From: Octopus sinensis
Taxonomy: Eukaryota
NCBI RefSeq assembly: GCF_006345805.1
Contig: NC_043001.1
Coordinates: 43,276,001-43,340,000 of the forward strand
DNA: 64,000 nucleotides
Reading direction: 5' to 3'
Shown: one piece after another, positions 49,512 through 61,954 of the stretch
Layout: every line of letters starts with the position of its first letter
How positions within the stretch are numbered: the first letter of the stretch is position 1
The notes under the pieces: generated by a model
Databases searched by the model: none
What the model was told of the DNA's origin: nothing
What the model saw: the letters and a program-made list of their open reading frames with translations, nothing else
Program-made: the position numbers and the translations under genes

Positions 49512-49925
49512 GGATCTTTTCGGTTTGAACGGCAGTTTTTAACATAATTTCTAGGTAACTAAAAAATTTTAAACTTCGTATACTGGTAGAATGTGTTTAT
49601 AAAACATCTTTTTCTCTTGGCTTTATTGAGAAAATTCTATAGTTTGTAAGATATTTGTTGTTTTTTTCTGCAATTTCAACCAATCAATGACGTCTATTGA
49701 GGTAAAAAAAACATTCTGTGCCGTATGAATATGTCCCTCGTTTAAGAAACAGATTGGGTTTATTTACATTTGTGAAGAAAAAAAAATACCCTTCCCCCCA
49801 CCCCTAACTAACCCTAACCCTAAAAAAGATTGAAATGCAATAGATCGATACTAGGGTCATAATTATGGGTGACAATTTCATATGACACTGCTAGAAAAAA
49901 ACTGCTGTTCAAACCGGAAAGATCC
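49512..49925. mobile_element. Intact MITE with GG termini and 8-bp TSD (Merlin-like)
   Basis: TIR GGATCTTTTCGGTTTGAACGGCAGTTTTT / AAAAACTGCTGTTCAAACCGGAAAGATCC; TSD TTATTTTT at 49504-49511 and 49926-49933; superfamily assignment is an inference. Confidence 0.85.
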
Positions 49926-50227
49926 TTATTTTTAAAATAATTAAATTTCTGTCAGCTAGATGATTGTATTCATTGGCTATATTGTGTTAAAATATGCTAG
50001 ATCTAGTTAGAAATTTATTGAATTAGCAATCCTGACTGGAAGGATGAATTAATTCAAAAGTTTTAAGATGAAAGAATTTGTGAGTATATTATGTGCACAT
50101 ATACTAAGCATTCATGCTTAGTGAATAAAGATGCACATTATTGAGGCCAATTGTGATAATTAAACTCTCAGAGCAATCATGAATATTTAGCATTTATTTT
50201 GTGCAGTTACTTCTCATGTTCATATAT

Positions 50228-50562
50228 ACTCTTTTACTTGTTTCAGTCATTTGACTGTGGCCATGCTGGAGCACCGCCTTTAGTCGAGCAAATCTAACGG
50301 TCTCTTTTGCTGAACTGCTAAGTTACGGGGGACGTAAACACACCAGCATCGATTGTCAAGCGATGTTGGGGGAACAAACACTGACACACAAATATATACA
50401 TATATACGACGGGCTTCTTTCAGTTTCCGTTTACCAAATCCACTCACAAGGCTTTGATCGGCCCAAGACTGTAGTAGAAGACACTTGTCCAAGGTACCAC
50501 GCAGTGGCACTAAACCCGGAATCATGTGGTTGGTAAGCAAGCTACTTACCACACAGCCACTA
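50228..50562 (-). mobile_element. SINE family B
   Basis: Reverse complement of 15342-15752 with an internal deletion. Confidence 0.88.
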
Positions 50563-51361
50563 TAATTTTTTTATTTAATATCGTTAATTGAAATATTACA
50601 CAGTAGTGGTGCACATGCCTTCGCTGGCATTGGGGTGAATGAAATATGAAATGCTATTATTGATGATCGCAGTGTGAGGAAAAGTAGACCTAACAGATGG
50701 ACTAGATTTTGATTACTAAACAATAAAACCATAGCGGTAGGGGAACCAGCAAGACCATCAAGGAGAGTTACTGAAAACATTTACTTGTTATAGGACTGGC
50801 CAGGCTGGGGCACTGCCATTGATCAAACAATTACTTATACATTTATCAGTTTATTTACTGAACTGCTAAGTTGGGGTGGGTGGGCATAAACCAACACCAG
50901 TTGTCAAGGGAGACAAACATATATGACAGACTTCCACCTACCAAGGTGCTAAACATTGGGACTGGACCTGAAATCATGTGGCTACAAAACAAGCTTCTTA
51001 ACCACAAAACCATGCCTGTGTCTTTGTACAGTGATTTTACATTTTAACAGCAAGAATTAAAATCTATCGAAACAAAAATATGTAATAATTTATGATATGG
51101 CATGAACATTTATAGTAGAACAAACAATAAGTTCATTGAATCAACTTTAGTAAATGGCTTGTACTTATTTTATGAACAGGAGAATGAAAAGCAAGTAAGT
51201 TAAAATATAAAGATAGCCGAATTAAATTCTCTTAGTCTGGTAAACTAACTAATCTTTCTGCTATACACCTTTCAAATAAGAATTACAATATCATAAAGTT
51301 TCAATAATTTATTACAATATAAAAACTAACTCCATTTGACCAATCACAAAACTGTACTTGG

Positions 51362-51475
51362 TTAATCCCATTTCCGAGATGTGTCTTTGTAGTCACCATC
51401 AGGTGGCTCATAATTATCAATTGGAATTGTTCGCACAGGTCCTTGATGTGTATAAGGTATAAGCTGCTCATCAAT
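51362..51475 (-). CDS. MRPL40: MRPL40 exon 5 (terminal)
   Basis: tttag|; IDEQLIPYTHQGPVRTIPIDNYEPPDGDYKDTSRKWD* (GP..TPP..NY.PP.G.Y.D motif); minus-strand AATAAA at 51308-51313. Confidence 0.95.
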   Translation of the reverse strand: MDEQLIPYTHQGPVRTIPIDNYEPPDGDYKDTSRKWD

Positions 51476-52017
51476 CTAAAAGAATAAAAAAGAGAGAGCT
51501 ATTGAATTGATTAAACAATGCTAATTTATACTCATTAAACATCTATTTGTAAAGATAGATAGCTAAAGTTGTAATATGATAATTGTCAGTCAATAAGCCA
51601 ATGTATTCAGGCGAGAGGACTATAATTAGAGATATGTGATTTGAAATAATTGTGTTGTGTAGTTGATGGAGGAAGGTAGCTGGAGACATAGGATCAAGAC
51701 AGCCATGGCAATATGAAAATACAACAAATGATTTTCTCAAATACACTAAACAGATGAGAAAAAATTGAAATTGTCTAGAGAAGATAAAGTATATTAAAAT
51801 ACTTCAAAGAATCATAATCAGTAGGAGAGCAGGTTCTGAAAACATGGACTGAAATGAAGAACAGCAAAGAAAAATTAGAACAAGATTAGTACAGAAATAA
51901 AATGAAACAATGGAAAAGGAAGAAAAGAATGAATTCTTAATTTTCTTATTTTGAATGATTTTAAATAATCTGATTGGATAAGCCTATTAAAACAGCAGTT
52001 AAAGAAACAGTCTAGAA

Positions 52018-52437
52018 AGGGGTCCGACAGACCCCCTAGGGGTCGGCAAGGAATTACAGGGGGTCAAATGAGAGTTGGCATGCAAAAGACCAGCTCACCC
52101 AGATGAACTTGAAATACTTAGCACCATGAAACATGGGAAAACATAAACTTTTCACTGCAGCAAGAAGTCTGCTGTTGCTAACGTTTGAGGCCTGATATCG
52201 TAATCAGTGATTTGAGGGGATGCGGACTGTCAAGTGTTTGCTTAATGACTAAGCCTGCTAGGGAAGATGAGATACTAAATACATATCTCATAAACGTTTG
52301 TGCCAGTATCATTACCTGGTACGTGTGTAAGATATGGTATGGTAGGGTATTAAGATATTTTAAAGGAAGTGGGTGGTCATTGTAGAAGGAGAAGTGGCTA
52401 AAGGGAGTCGATGGTTGAAAAAGTTTGGTGAGCCCTA
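52018..52437. mobile_element. Degenerate hAT-like MITE
   Basis: AGGGGT.../...AGCCCTA termini, GGGGTC subterminal motifs, near-identical flanks GTCTAGAA / GTCTACAA. Confidence 0.5.
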
Positions 52438-52613
52438 GTCTACAAGTATTTTTAGGAAAACTACTTAAGAGGTGTAAACAATAGGCTCACTTCAAATTTC
52501 CTATGACAAACTGACAACTCCTCACTACTTTTCCTAAAATTTTCTCAACAGTAAAACTCTCACACACATCTACTATTAACAAAGAAGAAAGAAAAAAAAT
52601 ACAAAGTTACTAC

Positions 52614-52812
52614 CTGAATAGCTAAATGATAGAGTTCTTCAGACTCTTTTCGAAGTTCAGCTAAAGCTTCACTCTGAGCAGTTGCAGCATTATCCATTGC
52701 TATCAGGTCTTCATGAAATTTGTTTTTCTGGTAAACTGACCAAGCTTTTTTCAGTAGTATTCGATTTTCAGATTCTTCAAATGACAACTTTGGTTTAGCA
52801 CGGTGCCTCTGA
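52614..52812 (-). CDS. MRPL40: MRPL40 exon 4
   Basis: taaag|; QRHRAKPKLSFEESENRILLKKAWSVYQ...AQSEALAELRKESEELYHLAIQ; |gtagta. Confidence 0.93.
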
Positions 52813-53694
52813 CTTTAAAAAAAAAAATCATAAAATCACATTCATATAACAACACAAATAAAAAGACTCATAAAATATCTATTTATCTGTCTGAATATGA
52901 GATACATGAATAATCTTACACATTTCTACTTTAAATAACAAAAGAATTAGATTATTAAATAATAAAAGTATTTTGCCACATTAAAATCACTACAGCTATC
53001 ATTCAAAGTGTGTATGAACTAGTAGTGTATGATCCTTGCATTTCGTCACCCTAGATATTGCATCATCAACTTGTGAGCATTTATGTGGTGTTAAAGAACA
53101 AGCACACACTCCCATATGCCCTGCCCTTATCAATGGAAACTGAATTATTTCACACATCAACTAGGACTTAAGGAGACACGGAAACCACTGATTTTGGCAA
53201 AACAAATATTTAGCTCTCTTTGCCAGTTTCTAATCCTTTGCAAAGGCAAGGAGGTACTATCCCTTGTAACATACTTTTCCACATTCTTTCCTCTTTCAGG
53301 ATCCAACCAATATTAAGGAATTTCCTTGACTAGCAATGATAGCAAAATGGCTGCTATTGCTATTCATCATCATCATTTAACATCTGCCTTTGATGCTGGC
53401 ATGGGTGGGATGGTTTGACAAGAGATGGCAAGGCAGAAGCCTACATCAGACTTCTGTAACTGTTTTGGCAGGATTTTTACAGCTTTTGTCTTTTTGTAAA
53501 ATTCTCTCTTATTTTCAAATACTATTTTCTTTGAGATGGGATTGGTGCTATCATGCTGGATGACTAGTACATCTCACTAAAACACAAGTTAATAAATGTT
53601 TACAAAACTGAAATATAACAATGTTCAATATTTTTCCACTCTTTAGTAAATGGGTGGATATGAAAGTTTCTGGAGACCTTTTGTTGACAGCTGC

Positions 53695-53802
53695 ATAATA
53701 ATAATAATAATAATAACAATAACAATAACAACAGCAGCAGCAGCAGCAACAACAACAACAAACAACAAACAACAACAACAACAACAATAATAATAATAAT
53801 AA
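53695..53802. repeat. Compound (AAT)n(AAC)n(AGC)n trinucleotide tract at the tail of a SINE A copy (53803-53996, minus strand)
   Basis: Seen directly. Confidence 0.9.
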
Positions 53803-54997
53803 TCCTTTCTACTAGGGAGGTGGAAATGAGTTGATTACATTGACCCCAGCGTTCAACTGGTATTTATTTTATCAACCCCGAAATGATGAAAGGCAAAGTG
53901 GACCATAACAAAATTTGAACTCAGGTCTTAAAGACAGATGAAATGCCGCTAAGCATTTTGCCCAATATGCTAATGATTCTGCCAGCTTGCCACCTTAAAC
54001 CTTTTATTGACAGCACAATAATAATAATAGTAAATTTTTCCTTATTAACCACTAACAGTTTGCATGAAACATTGGTACAGGACAGTGTACCTTGTTTTAA
54101 CATCATGATGGTTTGAGCAAAACATCATAGAAGTGATGTTGTTTCCAGTCTTCTGTAAAAAATATGTGGCCATGGGGAAATATAACCTTGCCTAGAAACA
54201 GTTGAGGTTTGGTGACAGGAAGGGCATCCAACCATAGGAAATCTGCTTCAATAAATTCCATGGAAAAGTGGAAATGATGATGATGACATTGTGCCACATA
54301 CATATTTGACAAACATCTCAGAGAGATACCATCAAACCACTGTTCAAATATTAATCAACATAGACAAAAGGGAAGCAAAACAATAAGTCACAAGGTAATT
54401 TACTAATTGTCAAGATGATGATGATGATGAAGAAGTAGTGGATAATATTCAGCTTGTGTAATAGATGAAAATAATATAAGGTTAGGAATAAAATTTAACA
54501 AAATTACATTTTTTTTAATGGGCACAACATATCATTTGCTAGGCCAGAATGGATATAAAATGAAATTTGTATTACATATACAATGAGACAAAACTGTGTT
54601 GAATTAAATCAATCTCAGCATATGTCAAGTATTTAATACTTTAATCCAAAATGAATGAAAGAAGTTGACTAGTTGATTTTAAACTAAAAAAGAAGAAATA
54701 CACCCTTTGGTATTTAGACTATATTCAGCCAAATATTCTACTTATTATATGTTCAAACTGACCATATTCTACAATGCCATTCTTAAAATAAACAATCACA
54801 TCATCAAAATTTCAAAGCTATGAGATAATGCAAGGGTAATTCAAAACAGTGTGTATAAATAAACATTACATTTGACAGAGTGGTCTGAAATCTAAAGGTG
54901 TAAAGTACACTGGTTCTTCACCATTTCTGACAACTTTTTAATATCTATAATGAAAATAAACATCAGAAATTCATGATTATCTTTAAAGACAACTTAC

Positions 54998-55168
54998 TTA
55001 ACTTCTTTCCGAAGTTGAGCACTTATTTGGACTTCCTCAATAGGTTTTAATTTTTGAGAATATTTTTCAAGTTTTTTAATTTGTTTTTCAATCTTTTTTC
55101 GTTTTCGTTGTTCTCGAGCCATAACCACCTGGATATCAGTTTTCTTCTTTTTTTTCATTGGCATTCCA
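54998..55168 (-). CDS. MRPL40: MRPL40 exon 3
   Basis: tttag|; GMPMKKKKKTDIQVVMAREQRKRKKIEKQIKKLEKYSQKLKPIEE; AA|gtaagt. Confidence 0.95.
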
Positions 55169-55411
55169 CTAAAAAGAAAATATTTATAAGGCAAACTCAA
55201 ATTTTTGCAGCAGTTGATCAGAATAATGAAAATAACTTTCATTTATATGAAATAGACTCATTTCTGGGTTAAAAAAAAAAGAATAATTTTAATTTATTTT
55301 ATAAATAATGTACATGCAATAGAAAGAAATGTACAAGATGATAAAGAATTACTACACAATAATGTAGTTATCTTTATAAAGTAAAAAAAAACATGAACTC
55401 AATTAAGTGTT

Positions 55412-56075
55412 CATCATCAGCATCATTTAACGCCTGCTTTCCATGCTAGCATGGGTTGGATAATTCGACTGAGGACTGGCGAACCAGATGGCTGCACCAG
55501 ACTCCAATCTTATTTCTTTACTACCCACAAGGGGCTAAACAAGGACAGACAAAGGCATTAAGTCAATTACATCGACCCCAGTGCGTAACTGGTACTTAAT
55601 TTATTAACCCTGAAAGGATGAAAGGCAAAGTTGACCTCAGCGGAATTTGAACTCAGAACGTAAAGACAGATGAAATACCGCTAAGTATTTCGCCCGGCAT
55701 GCTAACATTTCTGCCAGAGTTTCTACAGCTGGATGCTCTTCCTAACACCAACCACTCTGAGAGTATAGTGGGTGCTTTTACGTGCCACCAGTACAAGGGC
55801 CAGTCTGGTGGTACTAGCAACGGCCACACTCAAATGGTGTTTTTTGCATGCCACCTGCACAGGAGTCAGTCCAGCGGCACTGGCAACAACCTTGCTCGAA
55901 TGTTTTGTTCACATGCCACCGGCACAAGTGCCAGTAAGGCAACGCTGGTAACGATCACATTCAAATGGTGCTTTTTACATGCAACTGGCACAGAAGCCAA
56001 ACAGCTGCTCTGGCAGTGATCCCACTCGGATGGAGCTGTTAGCGCCCCACTGGTACGAGTGCCAGTCATCGAATT
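55412..56075 (-). mobile_element. RTE-LINE tail (family C) interrupted by a SINE A copy (~55512-55716)
   Basis: Homology to 19508-20040 breaks after CTCCAATCTT and resumes at CAGAGTTTCTACAGCTGG. Confidence 0.85.
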
Positions 56076-56119
56076 TGGTTCAAGATAAATTAATATAGTG
56101 GTTGCTCTCTCTCTCTCTT

Positions 56120-56985
56120 CAGGAAAATAATCATCCAACTTCCACTCCTATCAAATTTGGCTTTATGAAGTAGTTTATTAAAGCTCAGAGTAAAGATGGA
56201 CCATGCTTTCACTATATCTGCAGCACATTTCCCTGTCTGAGCAGTGAAAAGATAAAAGCTGAAACATTTGATGAGCCTCAAATCAGAAAATCAAAGAAAG
56301 ATGGGAATTTTATAAATTCAATGAATTGCATTGAAGCAGCAACATGGAATTCACTTGTAATAGTTGTAAATGACTTTCTGGGCAACAGAAAGCAGCTGAA
56401 ATAGTCAACAGCATGCTGGAGAGCTTGCAAAAGTCGGGAGCATAAGAGCATAAAGCTGCACAATCTCCAAATCCCCTTAATAAATTCCCTGTAAATCTTG
56501 GTGACACAAGTGACTAATGGGGAGAATGTTTCCATCAGGACATAGAATCAATAGAACAAAGATATCAAGGCAGATGGGACTTGCATATCGTAGTGGACTA
56601 TTGCTGTAATTCAGTTCATGATTTTCCTGAGGCTCAGCACTCAAGAAAATCATCCAAATGCAAATTCATGGGAAATTAGGCATAAACAATGTAATTTGTC
56701 AGTACAAATTTTTTAATTTTTACAAGTTATTTCACTAGAATTTTCAGAAAATGTTCTGATTTTGAAGAAAATCAATTTCTATGTATGTTTGTAAGTTATA
56801 TCTTGTTCCTTGTAAGTTGTTTTATTGAAAAAAAACAATGAAATTCTATGGATCTAGTATCTTAAAATCTTGATGTGATAGTAATAAATGGTTGTCACCT
56901 TCAGATTCTGTGTGTCAAAAAACCCCTAGTTCAAGTTCACATTTTTTTGACAATAAAGAAAAAATTTTTTTATTGTTGGCCTGTG
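56120..56985 (+). mobile_element. Chapaev3-like (CMC) DNA transposon 3' fragment, decayed
   Basis: PLPIKFGFMK*FIKA..KDGPCFHYICSTFP.LSSEKIKA.TFD.PQIRK; FLGN.K; SIKLH; FPVNLGDTSD..GECFHQDI..IEQRYQGRW...VDYC; terminus TTGTTGGCCTGTG|TAA. Confidence 0.72.
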
Positions 56986-57377
56986 TAATTAATTTGAATA
57001 ATTCTCCATTTTCCAATGCATCAAGTAAAATTGATAGGATATCAAAAACATTTTTAAAATAGAAACCCATTAAAAAGTTAAAACTTACAAAAAAGGAAAA
57101 CAAAAACAAAAATGTAATATTTCAATTAAATATTTGTGAAAAAATGTACTAATTTATTGTTGAGAATGATGTAATCTCTCTTGACTTAGTGTAATTCAAA
57201 CCATATTAACTGGCATTCTTCCCTGCAAAACTGATCTTACTTGACAAAGCTTAACTGCAATAAAAAGACCATGTTTTATGGAATTAGAGTTATTTCTAGG
57301 AATGTAACACAGATAAACTCGAAGACCTAACCTTCAGCAACATGACAGTGTAAACTATAAAATGCAATCAAACTTAC

Positions 57378-57452
57378 TAAAGTAAATCAGTTGTCTGGAA
57401 ATACAAAGGAGTTCCTTGGGTGTGAAATAGTCTTGTGCATGGTGAAATCAAT
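57378..57452 (-). CDS. MRPL40: MRPL40 exon 2 (presequence part)
   Basis: ttacag|; LISPCTRLFHTQGTPLYFQTTDLL; TA|gtaagt; phase 2 at both ends fits its neighbours. Confidence 0.8.
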
Positions 57453-58332
57453 CTGTAATATGAGAAAAGAAAAAATACCAACTTAATCAAATATGAAAGA
57501 AAAAGTTGTGTGTGTGTGTGTATCATCATCATCATTTAACATTAGTGTTCCATGCTGGCATGGGTTGGACAGTTTGATAGGATCTAATGTGTTCAAGAAG
57601 TGCATCATGCTCCAATGTTTGTTTTGGCATGGTTTCTATGACTGGATGCCCTTCCTATTGCCAACCACTTTACAGCATGGACTGGGTGCATATTTTGTGC
57701 CTGAGATTTCCGTGCAGCTCACAGAACTACAAACCCTGGGGATTCATTCTAGGGGATGAGAAGACTGAACCACATGAGATGGGGGAAGTGAGAGTGCAGT
57801 TACTTGTAGAAGATCTGCATGGCTATCACATCTATTTGGAGAAAGGAAGAGAAACAGAAAAACAATAGGTGCTGCAAGAGATAGATGATGGTAATGAGGT
57901 GCCTAAGTGACTCCACAAGCCACAAGGTAAGTTGAAAAATCAGTTTGCAAGATTGTATGAGAAGGAGAATGAAGGGAAGCAGACTGCCAAAATGGGTAGG
58001 ACTGAAGGGTAGAAGAGCATGGAGCCATGAGTTGGGGATGATAGAAGGATACAGAAGAGAGTGGAATGGAACAAGCAGCAGGAGTAGTAAAGATGATACA
58101 GCTGTGAATGAGGAAGGACAAGAAAAGGATTTGCACTATATACCCACAAACAGACAGACACACACACACACACACATATATATACATGAATCACATGCAC
58201 ATATATGTGTACATGCTTCCACATGCATGTATCTGTGTGTATATTGCAATGATTGACCACTAACTCCACAAGTTTTTTTTATTCTCTCTTTATTTCATCA
58301 TGTTCCTTTCTGTTGAAGAGTGTATAAAGTAT

Positions 58333-58717
58333 GTGGAGGCGCAATGGCCCAGTGGTTAGGGCAGCGGACTCGCGGTCATAGGATCGCGGTTTCGATTCCC
58401 AGACCGGGCGTTGTGAGTGTTTATTGAGCGAAAACACCTAAAGCTCCACGAGGCTCCGGCAGGGGATGGTGGTGATCCCTGCTGTACTCTTTCACCACAA
58501 CTTTCTCTCACTCTTACTTCCTGTTTCTGTTGTACCTGTATTTCAAAGGGCCGGCCTTGTCACTCTCTGTGTCACGCTGAATATCCCCGAGAACTACGTT
58601 AAGGGTATACGTGTCTGTGGAGTGCTCAGCCACTTACACGTTAATTTCACGAGCAGGCTGTTCCGTTGATTCGGATCAACCGGAACCCTCGTCGTCGTAA
58701 CTGATGGAGTGCTTCCA
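58333..58717 (+). mobile_element. Young full-length tRNA-derived SINE (family D) with 12-bp TSD
   Basis: A box TGGCCCAGTGG, B box GTTTCGATTCCC; TSD TGTATAAAGTAT at 58321-58332 and 58718-58729; CpG-rich. Confidence 0.92.
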
Positions 58718-59032
58718 TGTATAAAGTATATAGCATGTTTATATGCCCTTAGTGTAAAAGTTCTTGCTAACAACAGATAAGAAAACACAAATCCCATACA
58801 AATTCGTGTCAGTGAGGTTAATATTTCTCAGCTGAAAGATAGAAAGCTGCTAGCTATGGTTTCAAATACGATTGTCTAAGTTTACTGGACGACAATAATG
58901 ATTGAGAAATCCTACAGCAATTCTCTTTAAATTCTTATATTCTCGAATTTAACTAGTTGTCTTTCTCCAGTCTTTTTAACAAACTGAACTTCATTTTATT
59001 CTGTTTTTTTTTTTAAGATTAAGAACCAGCAG

Positions 59033-59224
59033 AATCGTGAGAACGTTGGACAAAATACTCAGCAGCATTTCTTCTGGTCCTTTACGTTCTGAGTTCAAAT
59101 TCCGCCAAGGTCGATTTTGCTTTTCATTCTTTCGGGGTTGATAAAGTACGAGCCGAGCAAATAGAGTCGATGTAATCAACTAACCCCTACTCTGATGTTG
59201 CTGGCTTTGTACCAAAATTTAAAC
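59033..59224 (+). mobile_element. SINE family A
   Basis: Homology; TAAGATTAA flanks. Confidence 0.8.
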
Positions 59225-59868
59225 TAAGATTAAATTAAATTACGTGGAAAATTCATAAACACTCTTCCTAAATTATTAATAATATGGTTGAAATTGATTG
59301 AGATCTCATTACATTTATATATTCAATTAATTCACTAAAAGTTACTATGCCATTAAGGTACTTTACACCAAGTACTTGCTGCTAAGTTACAAATAGATAC
59401 ATTATTCTAGGAGTCGGAATTACAAATTTCTTAAAAAGATACGATCTCTCAGATTTATAGAAGAGAAACTGAATTGCTTGCTGTCTACGTTATTTTCAAT
59501 GACATTAAGAAAAAGAATGAATCTTTCCAACTGATGTGCAGACTTGGCTTTACCGACATCATACATTGACAGCGCTCATTCAAGGTCGGATATTTATCAA
59601 ATAATAAACACTGTAATTTCAATCTTTGCGTTAAAAATATCATTATTAATAATTTAAAGGGACATATTTTTTGACAATTAAAGGGGCATATGAGTTGGCA
59701 ATTAAAGAAATTATTACTGTAATCTATTTTATTATAGAAACATGTTTATTGTTATCATGAATTTTACAAAAGCAAAATAATAATACAATTAAAGATTCAA
59801 CTGATAAACGAAAATTATCAATAAAAGTCTTTAAAGAGAGTATTATATATATATACTATGATCTTTAC

Positions 59869-59915
59869 CTTGGGTTTATTAAACTTTTAGTAAATCCCGA
59901 TATAATGGACGTCAT
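59869..59915 (-). CDS. MRPL40: MRPL40 exon 1 (mitochondrial ribosomal protein mL40)
   Basis: MTSIISGFTKSLINP(R), acid-free and presequence-like; AG|gtaaag phase 2; joined CDS is 606 nt (201 aa). Confidence 0.72.
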
Positions 59916-60587
59916 TATCTGTCCGAACTTTGAAAGGTAAATAACTATAATGTATATTAGAGTTATTTGCCCTTAGGTGGTACCCCTAGTCCCCCCTCTC
60001 TCTCTCTCTCTCTCTCTCCGTTTGTTGGCATAAAAATACACCATGTGTGTTTGACACACTTCGATTTCAGCATTGCATATTCAGGGTAAAAAAAAAAAAA
60101 AAGATTTAGTGCATTATGGGAGCTCCACTTCACAGATAGGACAAGGAGTGATTTTTTTAGACATTTGGGGGTGGGGGTACGCCTTATCTATAGTATATAT
60201 CGTAATTATATTTCATTTCTGTATGTGTAGATAAATATAGACAGCTTTATTCTTTATTTTATTTAATTTACTGTAAATTTTCCATTTTCCATGGAGATGC
60301 CGGTGATGTTCTCTCCATGTAGTAAACTGACTTTAATTATTAAAGAGTAAACACTAAGAGTAAAAGATGTTTTATATGACATCCTACCAGTATCCGAAGT
60401 TTGAAAGTGCTTAGTTACAAAAAATTAATTTCTCGATCTGCCGTTCAAAGGGTAAAGATCCCTTTATAACTGTAATTGTAGAGCATCTAGAATCTGCTCT
60501 CTAAATGGGAATTGTGTGAGGAAAAATGTCTACAAGTGTACTTTCAAGATTCACAACGTCTTGAAGTATTATATACTCGTAGGTAAA

Positions 60588-60800
60588 GGCGGCGAGCAGG
60601 CAGAATCATTTGCACGCTGGGCAAAATACTTCGCGACATTTCGTCCGTCTTTACGTTCTGAATTCAAATTCCACAGAGGTCGATTTACCTTTTCATCCTT
60701 TCGGGGTCGATAACTTAAGTACCAGTGAAACACTGGGGTCGATATAATCAACTAGTCCCCTCCTCGCAGAATTTCAGGCCTTGTGCCTATAGTAGAAAGG
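60588..60800 (+). mobile_element. SINE family A
   Basis: GGCGGCGAGCAGGCAGAATC...CATCCTTTCGGGGTCGATAA. Confidence 0.88.
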
Positions 60801-60839
60801 ATTGTATTCCCGTAGGTTCCACTGTCGGTGTCAAAGAAT

Positions 60840-61110
60840 AGAATCCTTGTGCATTTTCATTCGTTTCACAACAGCTAACTCCGACTTTCCACCTCTTTAA
60901 CCGAAACCATCTTCAAAAGGAATGAAATTTAAATGGTTGATCATTGATTCTGCCCCTCCCTATCACACAACAGGACGTAAATGTCGGTTATACCAATGCA
61001 AAACCATCATCATTAAAACTGACGATCTGATCCTACTCAATAAGCATAAGGGACTAGATATTGATTGTAGACACTGCTTGAAGTGTTTCTTTAACACCTA
61101 CCTAGGGTAA
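60840..61110 (+). mobile_element. Neptune-type Penelope endonuclease C-terminal remnant
   Basis: KWLIIDSAPPY....KCRL...LLNK......CRH motif. Confidence 0.6.
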
Positions 61111-61287
61111 CCATTCTTCTTCGGTACTCTTACTCCCTTTATTTAGATTACGGTGAATTTTACATATCTACTCTAACAGCTCTGTATTCCATTCAAGATT
61201 ACCAAAACATCTCCATCTTTCTTATTTTGGTGCACCCATATTATGTAATTCAAAATATAAACAATAATAAGCTATAACATAAATTTT

Positions 61288-61523
61288 GCAGCGTGGAAGA
61301 GGTTTATAAGCCATTTAAAAACACAAAATCCATTAGATTCACTTCAACATTTAAATTTAATTTGTCAAAATATTTTCGTTGCATTGAAACTTTGACCTGT
61401 TCACTGAACAGGTGAACAGCTCGCGGTTTCAAAGCGATGAAAATACTTCGACAAGTTAAATTTAAATGTTGAAGTGAATCTAACGGTTTTTTGTGTCACT
61501 TGCTATGCAAGTACATCTCCGTA
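61288..61523. mobile_element. Foldback insertion (~84-bp arms) with 14-bp direct flanks
   Basis: Arms 61321-61404 and 61412-61496; ATAACATAAATTTT at 61274-61287 and 61524-61537. Confidence 0.8.
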
Positions 61524-61954
61524 ATAACATAAATTTTTATTTCTAAAAATGAAAGAAAACTAACAGTAAGATGGAAAACAATTTATTTTTGTATACTTTC
61601 ACTTTATTTCCATTTGAAAATTTCCTTTTTTTTATTGTTATTGTAGTCTTTGATCAGATCCTCACTTTAACACCATGAACACTTCGAAATTATATTTCCA
61701 ATTACATGAACCACTTCGAATATTATTTTAGCAAGTTTAAAGTGATTTCCTTTGTGTAATAACCATTTATCATTTCTGTGGTGCCCCTCTCCCCCGCCTC
61801 CTTTGATGACCTTAGCACTTGCTTATTTTGCTTAATGGTAAACCCAGTGCTTCTGCCAGATACCAAAGATTGTACCTCCTATTCAGCACCCTGTACAATC
61901 TTTGTGCCTATAGTAGAAATAATTATCGCTATTAGTGTTAGTAGTAGTAGTAAT

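Noticed and set aside
49800-49825. Telomeric repeat remnant
   Set aside because: Only 2-3 CCCTAA units, internal to a MITE; not an interstitial telomere.
57241-57254. 14-nt micro-exon-like segment on the minus strand (ttgcag|...|gtaaga)
   Set aside because: It would frameshift MRPL40 and has no other support.
58335-58410. Possible tRNA gene
   Set aside because: It is the head of a TSD-flanked SINE, with a poor acceptor stem and no terminator. The same applies to the other SINE heads and to 34745-34816.
59430-59580. Alternative first exon for MRPL40
   Set aside because: No convincing donor or presequence; 59869-59915 gives a proper phase-2 AG|GTAAAG junction.
60290-60460. Possible first exon of a divergent gene (AAAGG|GTAAAG near 60451)
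   Set aside because: No open frame reaches the donor and no downstream exon was found. It could be a UTR exon but cannot be supported.
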